Part shown: in pieces, positions 35,892 through 45,510 of the stretch
Layout of the letters: every line of letters begins with the position of its first letter
Numbering within the stretch: the stretch's first letter is position 1
Assembly: GCA_016927735.1 (NCBI GenBank)
Contig: JAFGMC010000011.1
Coordinates: forward strand, 2,320 to 66,319
DNA length: 64,000 nucleotides
Direction: 5' to 3'
DNA from: Alphaproteobacteria bacterium
Lineage (GTDB): Bacteria; Pseudomonadota; Alphaproteobacteria; Rs-D84
The notes under the pieces: model-generated
Told to the model about the DNA's origin: nothing
The model's input: the letters and a program-made list of their open reading frames with translations, nothing else
The model's database searches: none
Made by a program: the position numbers and the translations under genes

Positions 35892-37139
35892 ATGAAAAAA
35901 TCAAAAAATATTATAAATGCGAACTGTTTGGCACAGATAATTGTTTTAGTTGCAATACTGTTTGCCACTATTGCTGCATCCTTATTAATTACTAAACATG
36001 GACGTGAAACACTCGGGCTTCAGGAGTGCACATCACAAATTACCGTCAGTAACGGTGATACCTTGACTAAGTTATTAACAGAGCAGGGTTTTTCTTTGCA
36101 AGACATAGATACAATATCAAAAATATTAAAGTCCGAGGCAGGTGTGTCCGGACTTCGTGCGAATTCAGATAAAATAATATTCTCGCGCAGGGCAGACGAT
36201 GCACCAGTAACAAAGATTGTTTTAATACCAGGTCCATGGCAACAAATAGAACTTACTTGTAATGAAGGTCAGTGGATTGTTAAAAAAATTGATATCGAAA
36301 AAGATGAACGTCTGATATATAAAAACGGCGAAATAAAAGACGGGGATAGTTTCTATATTGCCGGTATGCGTGCTGGAATCCCAGAAGGAATTTTGATAGA
36401 TGTTTATGATTTATTGGCGTTTGAAATGGATTTTGAACGTGATATTCGTGCTGGTCAGAATTTCTCTGTATTATATGAAGAAAATTATGCAAGCGGGGAA
36501 AAGGTTGCCAATGGTCGGGTGGTCGCAATATCTTTCCAGGCGTTGCGCGGAGAGGTTAAAATGTACCGTTTTCGTAAACCTGATGGTTCAATTGGTTATT
36601 ATGATGAAGATGGTAATGGGGCAATAAAGTCATTAAAACGTACACCGATAAATAATGCGCGTGTCAGCAGCAGTTTCAGTATGCATCGTCTGCATCCAGT
36701 TCTGGGGTTTACCAGAAAACATCTTGGTGTTGATTTCCGTGCGGGTACTGGAACACCAATTCCCAGTGCTGGTGGGGGACGTGTAGTTGCGCGTGGTTAT
36801 AACAATGGTCACGGAAATTTTATCAGAATACGTCATAATGGTTCTTATGAAACATTATATGGTCATATGTCCAGATTTGCCAAAGGGGTCGGGGTCGGAA
36901 CTTCTGTGCGCCAAGGTCAGATAATTGGATATGTTGGTTCAACTGGATTGGCAACAGGTCCGCATTTGCATTATGAGGTTATAAAAAATGGGATGCACGT
37001 GAATCCTATGACGGTAAAATTACCTGCAATAGATAATCTGAGTCCGAGTAATAAGGCAAAGTTTATTGAAATACGTAAATTGATAGATTCTGCTATTACT
37101 GTTCTTTTGAAAAAACCGGATTTGTTTGTTCAATTGTAA
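35892..37139 (+). CDS. M23-family peptidoglycan endopeptidase
   Basis: An N-terminal TM segment, then HLGVDFRAGTGTPI (HxxxD) and GSTGLATGPHLHYEV (HxH). Confidence 0.88.
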   Translation: MKKSKNIINANCLAQIIVLVAILFATIAASLLITKHGRETLGLQECTSQITVSNGDTLTKLLTEQGFSLQDIDTISKILKSEAGVSGLRANSDKIIFSRRADDAPVTKIVLIPGPWQQIELTCNEGQWIVKKIDIEKDERLIYKNGEIKDGDSFYIAGMRAGIPEGILIDVYDLLAFEMDFERDIRAGQNFSVLYEENYASGEKVANGRVVAISFQALRGEVKMYRFRKPDGSIGYYDEDGNGAIKSLKRTPINNARVSSSFSMHRLHPVLGFTRKHLGVDFRAGTGTPIPSAGGGRVVARGYNNGHGNFIRIRHNGSYETLYGHMSRFAKGVGVGTSVRQGQIIGYVGSTGLATGPHLHYEVIKNGMHVNPMTVKLPAIDNLSPSNKAKFIEIRKLIDSAITVLLKKPDLFVQL

Positions 37140-37142
37140 AAT

Positions 37143-37168
37143 AAAAAAACGCCAAACTGGCGTTTTTT
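37143..37168. terminator. Bidirectional intrinsic terminator
   Basis: AAAAAA-ACGCCA-AAC-TGGCGT-TTTTT lies between convergent genes. Confidence 0.7.
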
Positions 37169-37451
37169 ATTTCTCTTGTTCCAGAAGCTTTTTTTTTGCT
37201 TTTACACCACCAGAACCAGAATATCCACCAATTGATCCATCTGAACGAATGACGCGGTGACATGGAATAGTGGGCGCCATTGGGTTTTTACCAACCGCAT
37301 TTGCAACAGCGCGTACGGCATTTGGATACCCAGCCATTTCAGCAAGTCTTTTATAATTGACGGTTTGACCGCGTGGAATCATTGTCAGCGCGCGCCAAAC
37401 AGCCAGTTGAAAAGGTGTTCCGTTTAATTTATCAAAATTAATTTTTTTCAT
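37167..37451 (-). CDS. MGMT-family (methylated-DNA-protein-cysteine methyltransferase DNA-binding domain) protein
   Basis: 94 aa with TPFQLAVWRAL, GQTVNYKRLAEMAG and the active-site IPCHRVI (PCHR). Confidence 0.85.
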   Translation of the reverse strand: MKKINFDKLNGTPFQLAVWRALTMIPRGQTVNYKRLAEMAGYPNAVRAVANAVGKNPMAPTIPCHRVIRSDGSIGGYSGSGGVKAKKKLLEQEK

Positions 37452-37467
37452 AACAATTTTATTATAT

Positions 37468-37497
37468 CAAAAAATCCCCATTCGGGGATTTTTTTTA
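37468..37497 (-). terminator. Intrinsic terminator after tRNA-Arg
   Basis: AAAAA-ATCCCC-ATTC-GGGGAT-TTTTTTT. The hairpin is followed by a T-run in either reading direction. Confidence 0.65.
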
Positions 37498-37504
37498 TTT
37501 AATC

Positions 37505-37581
37505 TGGTGCACCCAAAAGGATTCGAACCCTTAGTCTTCTGATCCGTAGTCAGATGCTTTATCCAGTTAAGCTATGGGTGC
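37505..37581 (-). tRNA. tRNA-Arg (anticodon ACG)
   Basis: Reverse complement: GCACCCATAGCTTAACTGGATAAAGCATCTGACTACGGATCAGAAGACTAAGGGTTCGAATCCTTTTGGGTGCACCA. It has anticodon loop CT-ACG-GA, a GGTTCGAATCC T-arm and an encoded CCA. Confidence 0.93.
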
Positions 37582-37711
37582 AACAGTGGCTAATTTTATA
37601 TTAATTTATCTAAATTGCAAGAAAAATAACTTTTTTTTATGGACAAAAATAGATTATATATTGACAAAATATAATATCAGTCTATATTATATAGAAAGGC
37701 TAATTTTATAT

Positions 37712-38641
37712 ATGGTAAATAATAAAAGTTTTTATTCTCCAGTGACTGAATTCTATGTGAATTTATACGTGACATATTTTTGCAATCTGTCATGCAAACA
37801 TTGTTTGATTGGTTGTAATCCAAGAAAATCAAAAAAGTTTCTGCCTATACGTGATATTTTGTTTTATATGGACGAATTTAAAAATGATAGTAAATTTTCA
37901 AAATCTGCAGTAGTGAATGGCGGAGAAGCCACAACACCATATTTTTATAATTCCATGGATTATATTCCAATATTGAATTCTGAATTATTAAATAGAAATT
38001 TCGAAATAGAATTTCATACAAATTCTGTTTGGGCGAAATCTAAAAAAGCAGATATAATATGGCAAGATTTAAAGATCTTGGCTGATGATGTTAATAATAA
38101 ACATATTCTTGATTTATCTTGTGATCAATATCATAAAAACCTGGATGGTTTGCACGAGAGTTTTAAAGTATTATCAAGTCCAGATTTTATTAATAAAAAT
38201 TTGATTACCAAATTGCTTTCATTTGAAGGTGATCCAGTTATAGAAAAAATACAATCAGAGATAAAACAAAAATATCCAAACTTGAAGATAGAATCAAAAA
38301 TAGATAATCAAATTATCAAAACAGGTGAAGCAGCAAAAAATAATATAGGAATAGAAGTACCCTTTTTCGAATATGGTAATGAATATCGCGCCATGAGATA
38401 TATATGGACAGATAATTCAATAGCAATAGGTCTTCATCCCGACAGAACAGCATCTATAGGAACTTTTTATAATGAAAAACGAAGAGTTTCATATGTTAAT
38501 AAAGATGGGACACTGAAGCCTTGGAAACAGTTGTATCCACAGTTAGTTGAAAAATATATAAATTGTTTCAAAGAAGATAAATGTAATTTATTTACACAAG
38601 ATGAATTAAAAAGATTTTTAATACCAGAAAATCATAGATAA
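37712..38641 (+). CDS. Radical SAM domain protein, function unknown
   Basis: CX3CX2C cluster motif YFCNLSCKHCLIGC and a later VVNGGEAT (GGE-type SAM motif). The track start at 37574 overlaps tRNA-Arg, so the start was moved to the ATG at 37712. Confidence 0.65.
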   Translation: MVNNKSFYSPVTEFYVNLYVTYFCNLSCKHCLIGCNPRKSKKFLPIRDILFYMDEFKNDSKFSKSAVVNGGEATTPYFYNSMDYIPILNSELLNRNFEIEFHTNSVWAKSKKADIIWQDLKILADDVNNKHILDLSCDQYHKNLDGLHESFKVLSSPDFINKNLITKLLSFEGDPVIEKIQSEIKQKYPNLKIESKIDNQIIKTGEAAKNNIGIEVPFFEYGNEYRAMRYIWTDNSIAIGLHPDRTASIGTFYNEKRRVSYVNKDGTLKPWKQLYPQLVEKYINCFKEDKCNLFTQDELKRFLIPENHR

Positions 38642-38668
38642 AAAAATAGCCCAATAAGGGCAATTTTC

Positions 38669-39598
38669 TTACATATTTTCTAATCGTTTAATACGTTCGG
38701 CAACTGGGGGATGTGTTGCAAACGCTTCACTAATAAATTCGCGGGGTGCGGTCGGATCCGCAATACACATTGCCGACATTGATTTTACTTTGTCCAAAGA
38801 TTCTACACGTGAATCTTTTGTGATTTTACGCAATGCAGCTGCCAAACCGGCTGGGTTTCGTGTAATTTTTGCACCAGTTGCATCGGCTGCAAATTCACGC
38901 TTGCGTGATACCGCCATACGCAATAGTGGGGTAATTATAAAATTAAATACCATGAATGCCAGCCATACCATCAAAAGTATTGCACCATTATTATTTTTTT
39001 CATCACTGCTGCGATTACCACCATATAAAGCGCTGCGCATAATAATATCAGCTGCAAATACTGTGACACCAATTCCAGTCACCAGAATCATATCCAAACG
39101 AATGTCACGATTTCCAATATGTGCCATCTCGTGTGCGATTACACCCTGCAGTTCCAGTTTATCAAGTTTCTTGATTATTCCACTAGTCAGGGCAATACTG
39201 GCATCTTTTGGACTGCGCCCGGTTGCGAATGCGTTCAGCGATTCATCATTTATTACGTAAATACGTGGTCTTGGTAATCCAGCCGCCAATGCGACATTTT
39301 CAACGCTGCGGAATACTTCGAGATACTGTTTTTCATTATCGTGAATCTCAATCGCGTTTGCAGATGACAACATCATAGAATCACCAAACACCCAAGATAT
39401 CCCCAGCCATATAAAACAGGCCACAAAAGTTGGTATTGCAACCATTGTTGTTGTATCAATTGCCTTTGGCAATGGTGCAACCATCCATACAAATAAAAAA
39501 ATTAATGCGATGAATAATATTGGAAATAATGCGACCAAAATTGCGGTCTTGATATTATTACTTTTTATATGATCGTAAACAGTTTTTACTTTTTCCAT
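38669..39598 (-). CDS. htpX: Membrane zinc metalloprotease HtpX (M48B)
   Basis: Four TM segments, NAFATG, LQGVIAHEMAHIGNRD (HExxH) and REFAADATGAKIT. Confidence 0.9.
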   Translation of the reverse strand: MEKVKTVYDHIKSNNIKTAILVALFPILFIALIFLFVWMVAPLPKAIDTTTMVAIPTFVACFIWLGISWVFGDSMMLSSANAIEIHDNEKQYLEVFRSVENVALAAGLPRPRIYVINDESLNAFATGRSPKDASIALTSGIIKKLDKLELQGVIAHEMAHIGNRDIRLDMILVTGIGVTVFAADIIMRSALYGGNRSSDEKNNNGAILLMVWLAFMVFNFIITPLLRMAVSRKREFAADATGAKITRNPAGLAAALRKITKDSRVESLDKVKSMSAMCIADPTAPREFISEAFATHPPVAERIKRLENM

Positions 39599-39726
39599 AT
39601 CAAATATTTCTTTTATTAATTATAAACATTATAGATAAAAAACAATATTTTGCAATATTAACAATTTTGATATTAAACATAAGTTATAGTATTAAAATAA
39701 CACACAAATATGGTATAATATTTTTT

Positions 39727-40515
39727 ATGAAATACAAGCAGGGAATCTTTTTTCTGTTAATGGTATATTTACCAATTGTTGCGAATGCTGCAGTTCTTTC
39801 TGGCCAGGAAAATACGAATAATAGTTTTCTGTCGGCACAAACATTTCCAAAAACTGTTAATGATTTAAGTTTTACAGAGCGTGTCGAATTATTAAAAGAC
39901 GGTTATGCACCATGGGAATCTGAATATGATAATAACGGTAATTGCGTTTCAAATTGTGCGTATGTCGGTATCACAATTGAAAAAGAATTAGATGTATTGC
40001 AACGTAATACAGAAATCGCAAATATTCGTGTACAAGATTATAAAATAAAATATCAACCCGCACAAATTTTGGGAAAGGTTCGCTGTTATCAGTCTAATAA
40101 TGCAATTCCTTCGAATCAAACAATTCCTTTTGGTGAACCATTAATTGGTAATCCAAATATTGTATCTGGTTATGGTAAACGTATACATCCAATTACAAAA
40201 AAACTGGAAGTTCATAAAGGTATTGATTTTTCTGTACCAAATGACACAAATATATATTCGCCAGCACGCGGAATTGTTGATACCGTATGGACAGATAGTA
40301 CATGTGGTAACGGATTGCGTATACAGCATGAAAAAGGCTTTTCAACATTATATTGTCATCTGGACAAGTCATTGGTAAAAAAAGGTGATTTAATAGAACC
40401 AGGATGTTTGATTGCAAAATCTGGGAACACTGGACGCAGCACTGGTCCACATTTGCATTATGGAATTTATCTGGATAAAAATTTAATAGATCCTACAGGG
40501 TTTATTAATCAATAG
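39727..40515 (+). CDS. M23-family peptidase (secreted)
   Basis: The start was moved to the ATG at 39727, giving the signal peptide MKYKQGIFFLLMVYLPIVANA|A. Contains HKGIDFSVPNDTNI (HxxxD) and GNTGRSTGPHLHYGI (HxH). Confidence 0.85.
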   Translation: MKYKQGIFFLLMVYLPIVANAAVLSGQENTNNSFLSAQTFPKTVNDLSFTERVELLKDGYAPWESEYDNNGNCVSNCAYVGITIEKELDVLQRNTEIANIRVQDYKIKYQPAQILGKVRCYQSNNAIPSNQTIPFGEPLIGNPNIVSGYGKRIHPITKKLEVHKGIDFSVPNDTNIYSPARGIVDTVWTDSTCGNGLRIQHEKGFSTLYCHLDKSLVKKGDLIEPGCLIAKSGNTGRSTGPHLHYGIYLDKNLIDPTGFINQ

Positions 40516-40882
40516 ATATATTTTTTTTAATTTTAATTTCAAAAGATCCATTATTTACCATTTCACAAGAATAAATATATTTTGAAATAATACTGTTCAT
40601 TACCCAATCTTGGAATTTGACTTTAAGTATACCACTGGCCCCGGTTATCACAGTTGCCCCGCGTACCCCGGATTTTATTAAGTTATTTATATCTACCCAG
40701 GCTTGCTCTTCAGTTTTCTGATGCAGATCCAGGATAACATGTTTCGGAATGGGTTTTGGTGCCTCGGGAATCAATTGACTAAGTTTTAATTCACTGCGTA
40801 CTTGTTTTTTTACATTATCGTCATCTGGTACAAAATCTGTATCCAGCATTTTTTCCAAATCATAATCAGATAGCTGTTTCAT
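40505..40882 (-). CDS. Smr-domain protein
   Basis: The C-terminal 80 aa, ILDLHQKTEEQAWVDINNLIKSG...VITGASG, follows the Smr pattern (DLHG...A...L......G....vItGkG). Confidence 0.65.
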   Translation of the reverse strand: MKQLSDYDLEKMLDTDFVPDDDNVKKQVRSELKLSQLIPEAPKPIPKHVILDLHQKTEEQAWVDINNLIKSGVRGATVITGASGILKVKFQDWVMNSIISKYIYSCEMVNNGSFEIKIKKNISID

Positions 40883-40918
40883 ATCCAGTATGATAAATCA
40901 TACATATGAAAATTCCAT

Positions 40919-40948
40919 TAAAAAAATCCGCCAATCGGCGGATTTAAT
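40919..40948 (-). terminator. Intrinsic terminator after rlpA
   Basis: The minus strand reads ATCCGCC-GATT-GGCGGAT followed by TTTTTTT. Confidence 0.7.
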
Positions 40949-40951
40949 TTA

Positions 40952-41818
40952 TTAAATACTGTCAGCATTTATCCATTTGCCGTCTTTCAGCAGGCCAGGG
41001 GCCATACCTTCATTACTGCGCAGTGTGTCGATAACGTTGCGTGCCTTTGCTGCGTCCAGACCGATAATACGAACTTTATACATATCACCTTCGTTAACAA
41101 CTGTTGCGTTACCATAAGTATTCATTTTTTGTACCAATGCTGTTGCACTGTCTTCTGCATAGAATGCACCAACTTGGATACTGTAATCACCAGATGCTGG
41201 TTCAACAGCTACTGGGGCCTCAACTACTGGTGCTTCTACTGGTTCTGTCACGGCATTTTCGCCCAATGTAGCATTTTTTACAGCTATGCTTTGATCTTCC
41301 AGAACTTGAACCTGAACCTTGGTCTGACCGTTAAAGCTTAATTTGCGGGCAACAGCAGGTGACAAGTCCATAATACGTGTGTTAACAAATGGTCCACGAT
41401 TGTTTACACGAACAATAACCGAAGTTCCATTATCCAAATTTGTCACACGTGCAATTGTTGGCAAAGGTAAAGTTTTGCTGGTTGCGACCATTTGATTCAT
41501 ATCAAATATTTCACCATTGCTTGTTTTTGAACCATTCAATTCTGCAGGGATAATTCCTGCAATTCCAGTTTGGTTATATTTTAAATCTTCTGCTGGTACG
41601 TATTGAATATCTTCAACTTTATAAGCACTGCCAACATAATACTTTGGTGCAGCTGCTAATAAATAAGCGTCATTCAACGATGTGTCATCGGTTGTATTCA
41701 GCGTTTCTTCTGAAAAACCATCAGATCCATATCCGTCCATTTTATTTCCAGCCGTGCCATAGTCGCCACATGCTGTCAGCAAAGCCATCAATACTGCTAA
41801 TGATACAAGTTTCTTCAT
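40952..41818 (-). CDS. rlpA: Septal-ring lytic transglycosylase RlpA with C-terminal SPOR domain
   Basis: The start was moved to the lipoprotein signal MKKLVSLAVLMALLTA|C. DPBB core TLPLPTIARVTNLDNGTSVIVRVNNRGPFVNTRIMDLSPAVARKL and SPOR YSIQVGAFYAEDSATALVQKM. Confidence 0.88.
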   Translation of the reverse strand: MKKLVSLAVLMALLTACGDYGTAGNKMDGYGSDGFSEETLNTTDDTSLNDAYLLAAAPKYYVGSAYKVEDIQYVPAEDLKYNQTGIAGIIPAELNGSKTSNGEIFDMNQMVATSKTLPLPTIARVTNLDNGTSVIVRVNNRGPFVNTRIMDLSPAVARKLSFNGQTKVQVQVLEDQSIAVKNATLGENAVTEPVEAPVVEAPVAVEPASGDYSIQVGAFYAEDSATALVQKMNTYGNATVVNEGDMYKVRIIGLDAAKARNVIDTLRSNEGMAPGLLKDGKWINADSI

Positions 41819-41923
41819 AGAATTTCTCCTTACATTCTTACTGACTATTTTATCATATAAGAAACACAGTTTCAACTTTATTTTAGCCGAAATTTAAAGG
41901 GATACAGATTTGTTAAAATAAAG

Positions 41924-43384
41924 TTAAAATCGTTTATTTATTAAAAAAGCGACTGGAAGATATAGAATTCCGAAAACAATAATTACCAAAAGTAATGAAA
42001 TTATACCATGTATTGGAACAAACCATAATCCCGCACCCAACATGGCGGAAAATAATCCAGAAAATAGTACTGATTTAATTGTTTTGGTTTCCAGTTTGAA
42101 TAAATTTCTTTTCTTACATGCACGACCCAGTAAATAGTTTTTCAGATATCCACTGACAACCACACCCACAGGTATTGCAAGATATCCAATAAATGGGAAC
42201 AGCGCCAAATATAAAACACTGGCGACTATTAACGAAATTACACTGGTTCTGACGGGGGTTCTGACATCTTGGGCAGCATACAGGGTTTTACTGTAAACCT
42301 GACTAACCATCATTGCAGGTAGTACCAATACTTGTATCATGATTGCGGCTGCAACGGCATGTGTGGATTCAGGGGTCCATGCGCCGTGTTCGAATAAATG
42401 TTTTATGATAGGTTGTGCCAGAACAAATAATCCAACAACACTTGGCAGAATTAGCATCAAAGCCTGGCGAATAGAAGAATTTTGTTGAATATAAACACTG
42501 CGCATATTTTTATCTGCAATTGCATTGGATAAAGATGATAATAAAACAGTTCCCGCCGCCAAACCAATAATTGCAAAAGGTAATTGAACAACCCTGTCAG
42601 AATAGTACAGCCAAGATACAGCACCGCTTTGATAACTGGCAACCAGTGTACCAATTATAATGTTTATCTGATAAAACCCATTTCCAAATATACTGACACC
42701 CAGACGTTTGAATAGTTGTTTTATCTTTGGTGTCCATTTTGGTATGACCAGATTCAGTCCAAAATGCTTTTTTCTAATTCGTGTCCATAAAATTATTGAC
42801 TGGATAATTCCGGAAAGTACCACGGTCACTGCCATTATGTAAAGTACGGTCTCATTAGAATATCGACCAGCAACCAGTAATGCGGATATTAACATAAGGT
42901 TCATTAATACTGGCATAAATGCGGCCAAAGTAAATTTTGAAAATGCGTTTAATATTGCAGATAAAAATGCGGCAATACATACGAATATCACATAAAAGAA
43001 CATTACGCGTGAAATCATAATGGTTAATTCAAATTTACCGGGGTCATCAGAAAACCCAGGTGCCAGTATTAAAATAATAATTGGCATAATGATTTCAAAT
43101 ATGATTGTGATACCCAATAACGATACCATCAGCCATGAAAATACATTTTTTGCGAAATTTTCATCTTTTTTCTGGTCTGTGAACATTGGAACGAATATTG
43201 CGGACAGCGCGCCTTCGCCCAACAGGTCGCGGAACAGGTTAGGCAGCTTGAATGCGGCGAAAAAAATGTCAGATAAACGTCCTGCGCCCAAGAATTGTGC
43301 AATCAACATATCGCGAATGAAACCAAATATGCGACTGATACCAGTCATTGCCCCAACACCGAAAATATGTTTGCCTAGTTTCAT
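41924..43384 (-). CDS. murJ: Lipid II flippase MurJ (MviN)
   Basis: The N-terminus GISRIFGFIRDMLIAQFLGAGRLSDIFFAAFKLPNLFRDLLGEGALSAIFVPMF is the conserved MurJ signature. The protein is polytopic. Confidence 0.92.
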   Translation of the reverse strand: MKLGKHIFGVGAMTGISRIFGFIRDMLIAQFLGAGRLSDIFFAAFKLPNLFRDLLGEGALSAIFVPMFTDQKKDENFAKNVFSWLMVSLLGITIIFEIIMPIIILILAPGFSDDPGKFELTIMISRVMFFYVIFVCIAAFLSAILNAFSKFTLAAFMPVLMNLMLISALLVAGRYSNETVLYIMAVTVVLSGIIQSIILWTRIRKKHFGLNLVIPKWTPKIKQLFKRLGVSIFGNGFYQINIIIGTLVASYQSGAVSWLYYSDRVVQLPFAIIGLAAGTVLLSSLSNAIADKNMRSVYIQQNSSIRQALMLILPSVVGLFVLAQPIIKHLFEHGAWTPESTHAVAAAIMIQVLVLPAMMVSQVYSKTLYAAQDVRTPVRTSVISLIVASVLYLALFPFIGYLAIPVGVVVSGYLKNYLLGRACKKRNLFKLETKTIKSVLFSGLFSAMLGAGLWFVPIHGIISLLLVIIVFGILYLPVAFLINKRF

Positions 43385-43424
43385 AAATGCGATTATACTA
43401 TCATATCAAAAGGAAAATCAAGAT

Positions 43425-44141
43425 ATGAACAAAAGATTTATAATTTGTTGTTTGGTTGGTGTTTTGGCTTCTTGTGGTGGAAAAGCGCCAGAACCAGAAC
43501 AAACACTACCAGAAATATATACCAAGGCGTATAAAGAGCTGGATAAAAAGAATTACGATAAAGCCGCAACAGAGTTTCTAAATGTAGAGGGTCAATTCCC
43601 AGCCAGTGCTTGGGCAGCTGATTCACTGGTTATGGCTGCATATTCCCAGTATATGGATGAAGACTTTTCTGGGGCATTATTAACAGCAGACAGATTTATG
43701 CGTTTCCATCCAGGAAACAAGGATGTTCCGTACATTTTATATCTGCGCGGAATGTGTTATTATCGTCAGGTCAGTGATGTTCGACGTGAACCTGGTATGT
43801 CTGCATATGCATTGCAACAATTTCAACAATTGGTAGAAAGGTTCCCGGCTTCGGAATATGCTGAAAACGCCAAGAATAAAATTATAATTCTAAAGAATTA
43901 TATTGCAGGCAAGATAATGTATTCTGCACGTAATGATATGGCACGTGAAAATTGGCCCAGCGCTATAAATCGTTTACAATCTGTTGTAACAGGGGCCCAG
44001 GAAACCGTAATGACACCAGAGGCTATGTACAGATTGACCGAGGCTTATACAGCAATTGGTTTACCAAATCAAGCAGCGGGCTTTGCAAAAATGTTAAAAA
44101 CAAATTTCCCAGATAACGTTTGGACTAAGAAATTAAAGTAA
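43425..44141 (+). CDS. bamD: Outer-membrane protein assembly factor BamD
   Basis: The start was moved to the ATG at 43425, with the lipobox MNKRFIICCLVGVLAS|C. TPR-like repeats and YILYLRGMCYY...EYAENAKNKIIILKNYIA are typical of BamD/YfiO. The 5' part of the track ORF is antisense to murJ. Confidence 0.85.
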   Translation: MNKRFIICCLVGVLASCGGKAPEPEQTLPEIYTKAYKELDKKNYDKAATEFLNVEGQFPASAWAADSLVMAAYSQYMDEDFSGALLTADRFMRFHPGNKDVPYILYLRGMCYYRQVSDVRREPGMSAYALQQFQQLVERFPASEYAENAKNKIIILKNYIAGKIMYSARNDMARENWPSAINRLQSVVTGAQETVMTPEAMYRLTEAYTAIGLPNQAAGFAKMLKTNFPDNVWTKKLK

Positions 44142-44143
44142 AA

Positions 44144-44170
44144 TAAAAACCAGCTTGCGCTGGTTTTTAT
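44144..44170. terminator. Bidirectional intrinsic terminator
   Basis: AAAAA-ACCAGC-TTGC-GCTGGT-TTTT lies between bamD and the convergent deaminase gene. Confidence 0.7.
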
Positions 44171-44653
44171 TTATTCAGATATGTTCATAATTTTATATTT
44201 TACGCCAGATTCATCGAACATTTCCAACGAATATTTTATGCTCTCGCGCCATCCAGCCAGTTTGGCTTTTTCTGAACCTTGGTCTGGAATACAAAAGAAT
44301 ACTTCTTTGATACCGGATTGTATAATTGCACGTGCACAATCAGCGCAAGGCATCACAGTAACATATAACGAACAATTACGCAGTGACGTACCACACAAAG
44401 TTGCGTTGTATATTGCATTTCTTTCAGCGTGTTCAAAGAAACTGTATTTTATAGGTCTCTCTATACGTTCTGGATTACTGTCATCCACCCCGCGTGGTAA
44501 CCCATTATAACCTGTAGACCGAATTTCTTTATCTGGTCCAATAATAACACATCCAACTTTTGTACTATCATCTTTTGACCAAGTTGAAATATGTCGCGCC
44601 AGTTCCAAAAAACGCAGATTCCATTTATCATTGAAAGTGAATTTTTGATTCAT
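44171..44653 (-). CDS. Deoxycytidylate (dCMP) deaminase, ComEB-type
   Basis: Zinc motifs FEHAERNAI (HAE) and VMPCADCARAI (PCxxC). Length is 160 aa. Confidence 0.88.
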   Translation of the reverse strand: MNQKFTFNDKWNLRFLELARHISTWSKDDSTKVGCVIIGPDKEIRSTGYNGLPRGVDDSNPERIERPIKYSFFEHAERNAIYNATLCGTSLRNCSLYVTVMPCADCARAIIQSGIKEVFFCIPDQGSEKAKLAGWRESIKYSLEMFDESGVKYKIMNISE

Positions 44654-44668
44654 TAAATTCTCTCCTTT

Positions 44669-45409
44669 TTATCTTACTATTTCACGATCATGAATATCTT
44701 TGATTCGTAAGTGTGCAAATTTTTGTAATTCGTGTTTATTTATACCGGATACTAACATTATATATCTTAAACAATATAAAACATCATATATTTCATCAAT
44801 AATATTTTGTCGATTATCCTTCATGTTTTTTTCTTTTGCATCTACGGTTCCTGCTATGAAATGCAAACGAATAAAATTAGATAATTCCGTAGCAAGTTCT
44901 AATGGTTCGCTAGAAGCAATGGATATTTGAAATTTAATACCGGCTCTTTCAATATATGGAGTATTTGGCGAATCTTTTTTTGAATAAAACTTTTCTTGAA
45001 ATTTAAGAACATTTTTTGACATTTTATCGAGTTCAAATTGCAGATCAAGGGTTGGTTTATAATTTGGTATATTCAAGATTCGACGGTATGTACGGGCAAT
45101 CTTTGGGTCTTTTTCTCTACCGTCTATATAATAATGATTAAAAGCAATATTTGCTATTTCTTGATCGGATATTTTTAAATGATTAATAGGATGTTGTATC
45201 ACAATCAGAGTATCTACTAATTCTTTACGCAAATTGTATTTGTTTAATTTCCCAACTATTAAGTTGTTTGTTTCCACATGAAGTTGAGCAAGAACCTTAT
45301 TAGTAATAATAAATTGATCCATCCAGCCATTCTTTTCTATAAGACTGTTACTAAGGTTTTTAAGATCATAAGATTGTTTTTCCGAGAGATACCACATGAT
45401 TAAATTCAT
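44669..45409 (-). CDS. Hypothetical protein, possibly an all-alpha NTP pyrophosphohydrolase (MazG/dimeric-dUTPase-like)
   Basis: 246 aa and predicted helical. Acidic blocks (EPLELATELSNF ... IIDEIYDVLYCLRYIM) loosely resemble MazG-type E-x-x-E ... E-x-x-D helices. It ends 15 nt upstream of the dCMP deaminase gene. The family call is weak. Confidence 0.35.
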   Translation of the reverse strand: MNLIMWYLSEKQSYDLKNLSNSLIEKNGWMDQFIITNKVLAQLHVETNNLIVGKLNKYNLRKELVDTLIVIQHPINHLKISDQEIANIAFNHYYIDGREKDPKIARTYRRILNIPNYKPTLDLQFELDKMSKNVLKFQEKFYSKKDSPNTPYIERAGIKFQISIASSEPLELATELSNFIRLHFIAGTVDAKEKNMKDNRQNIIDEIYDVLYCLRYIMLVSGINKHELQKFAHLRIKDIHDREIVR

Positions 45410-45510
45410 CCTTTAAATTAAATTTCTCTCTCGTTCTAGAAAATACCTGATAAAAACCAAAAATTCAAGATTTTTATTCACTTTTGGTTTTTGTGTGGTA
45501 ATATCGCGTC

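Noticed and set aside
37574-37711. The track start of the radical SAM ORF at 37574.
   Set aside because: It overlaps the tRNA-Arg gene and encodes low-complexity sequence. The first ATG (37712) lies 20 codons before the CX3CX2C motif, as is typical for radical SAM enzymes.
43020-43424. The 135-codon N-terminal extension of the bamD ORF in the track.
   Set aside because: It is antisense to murJ. A proper lipoprotein signal peptide with a lipobox begins at the ATG at 43425.
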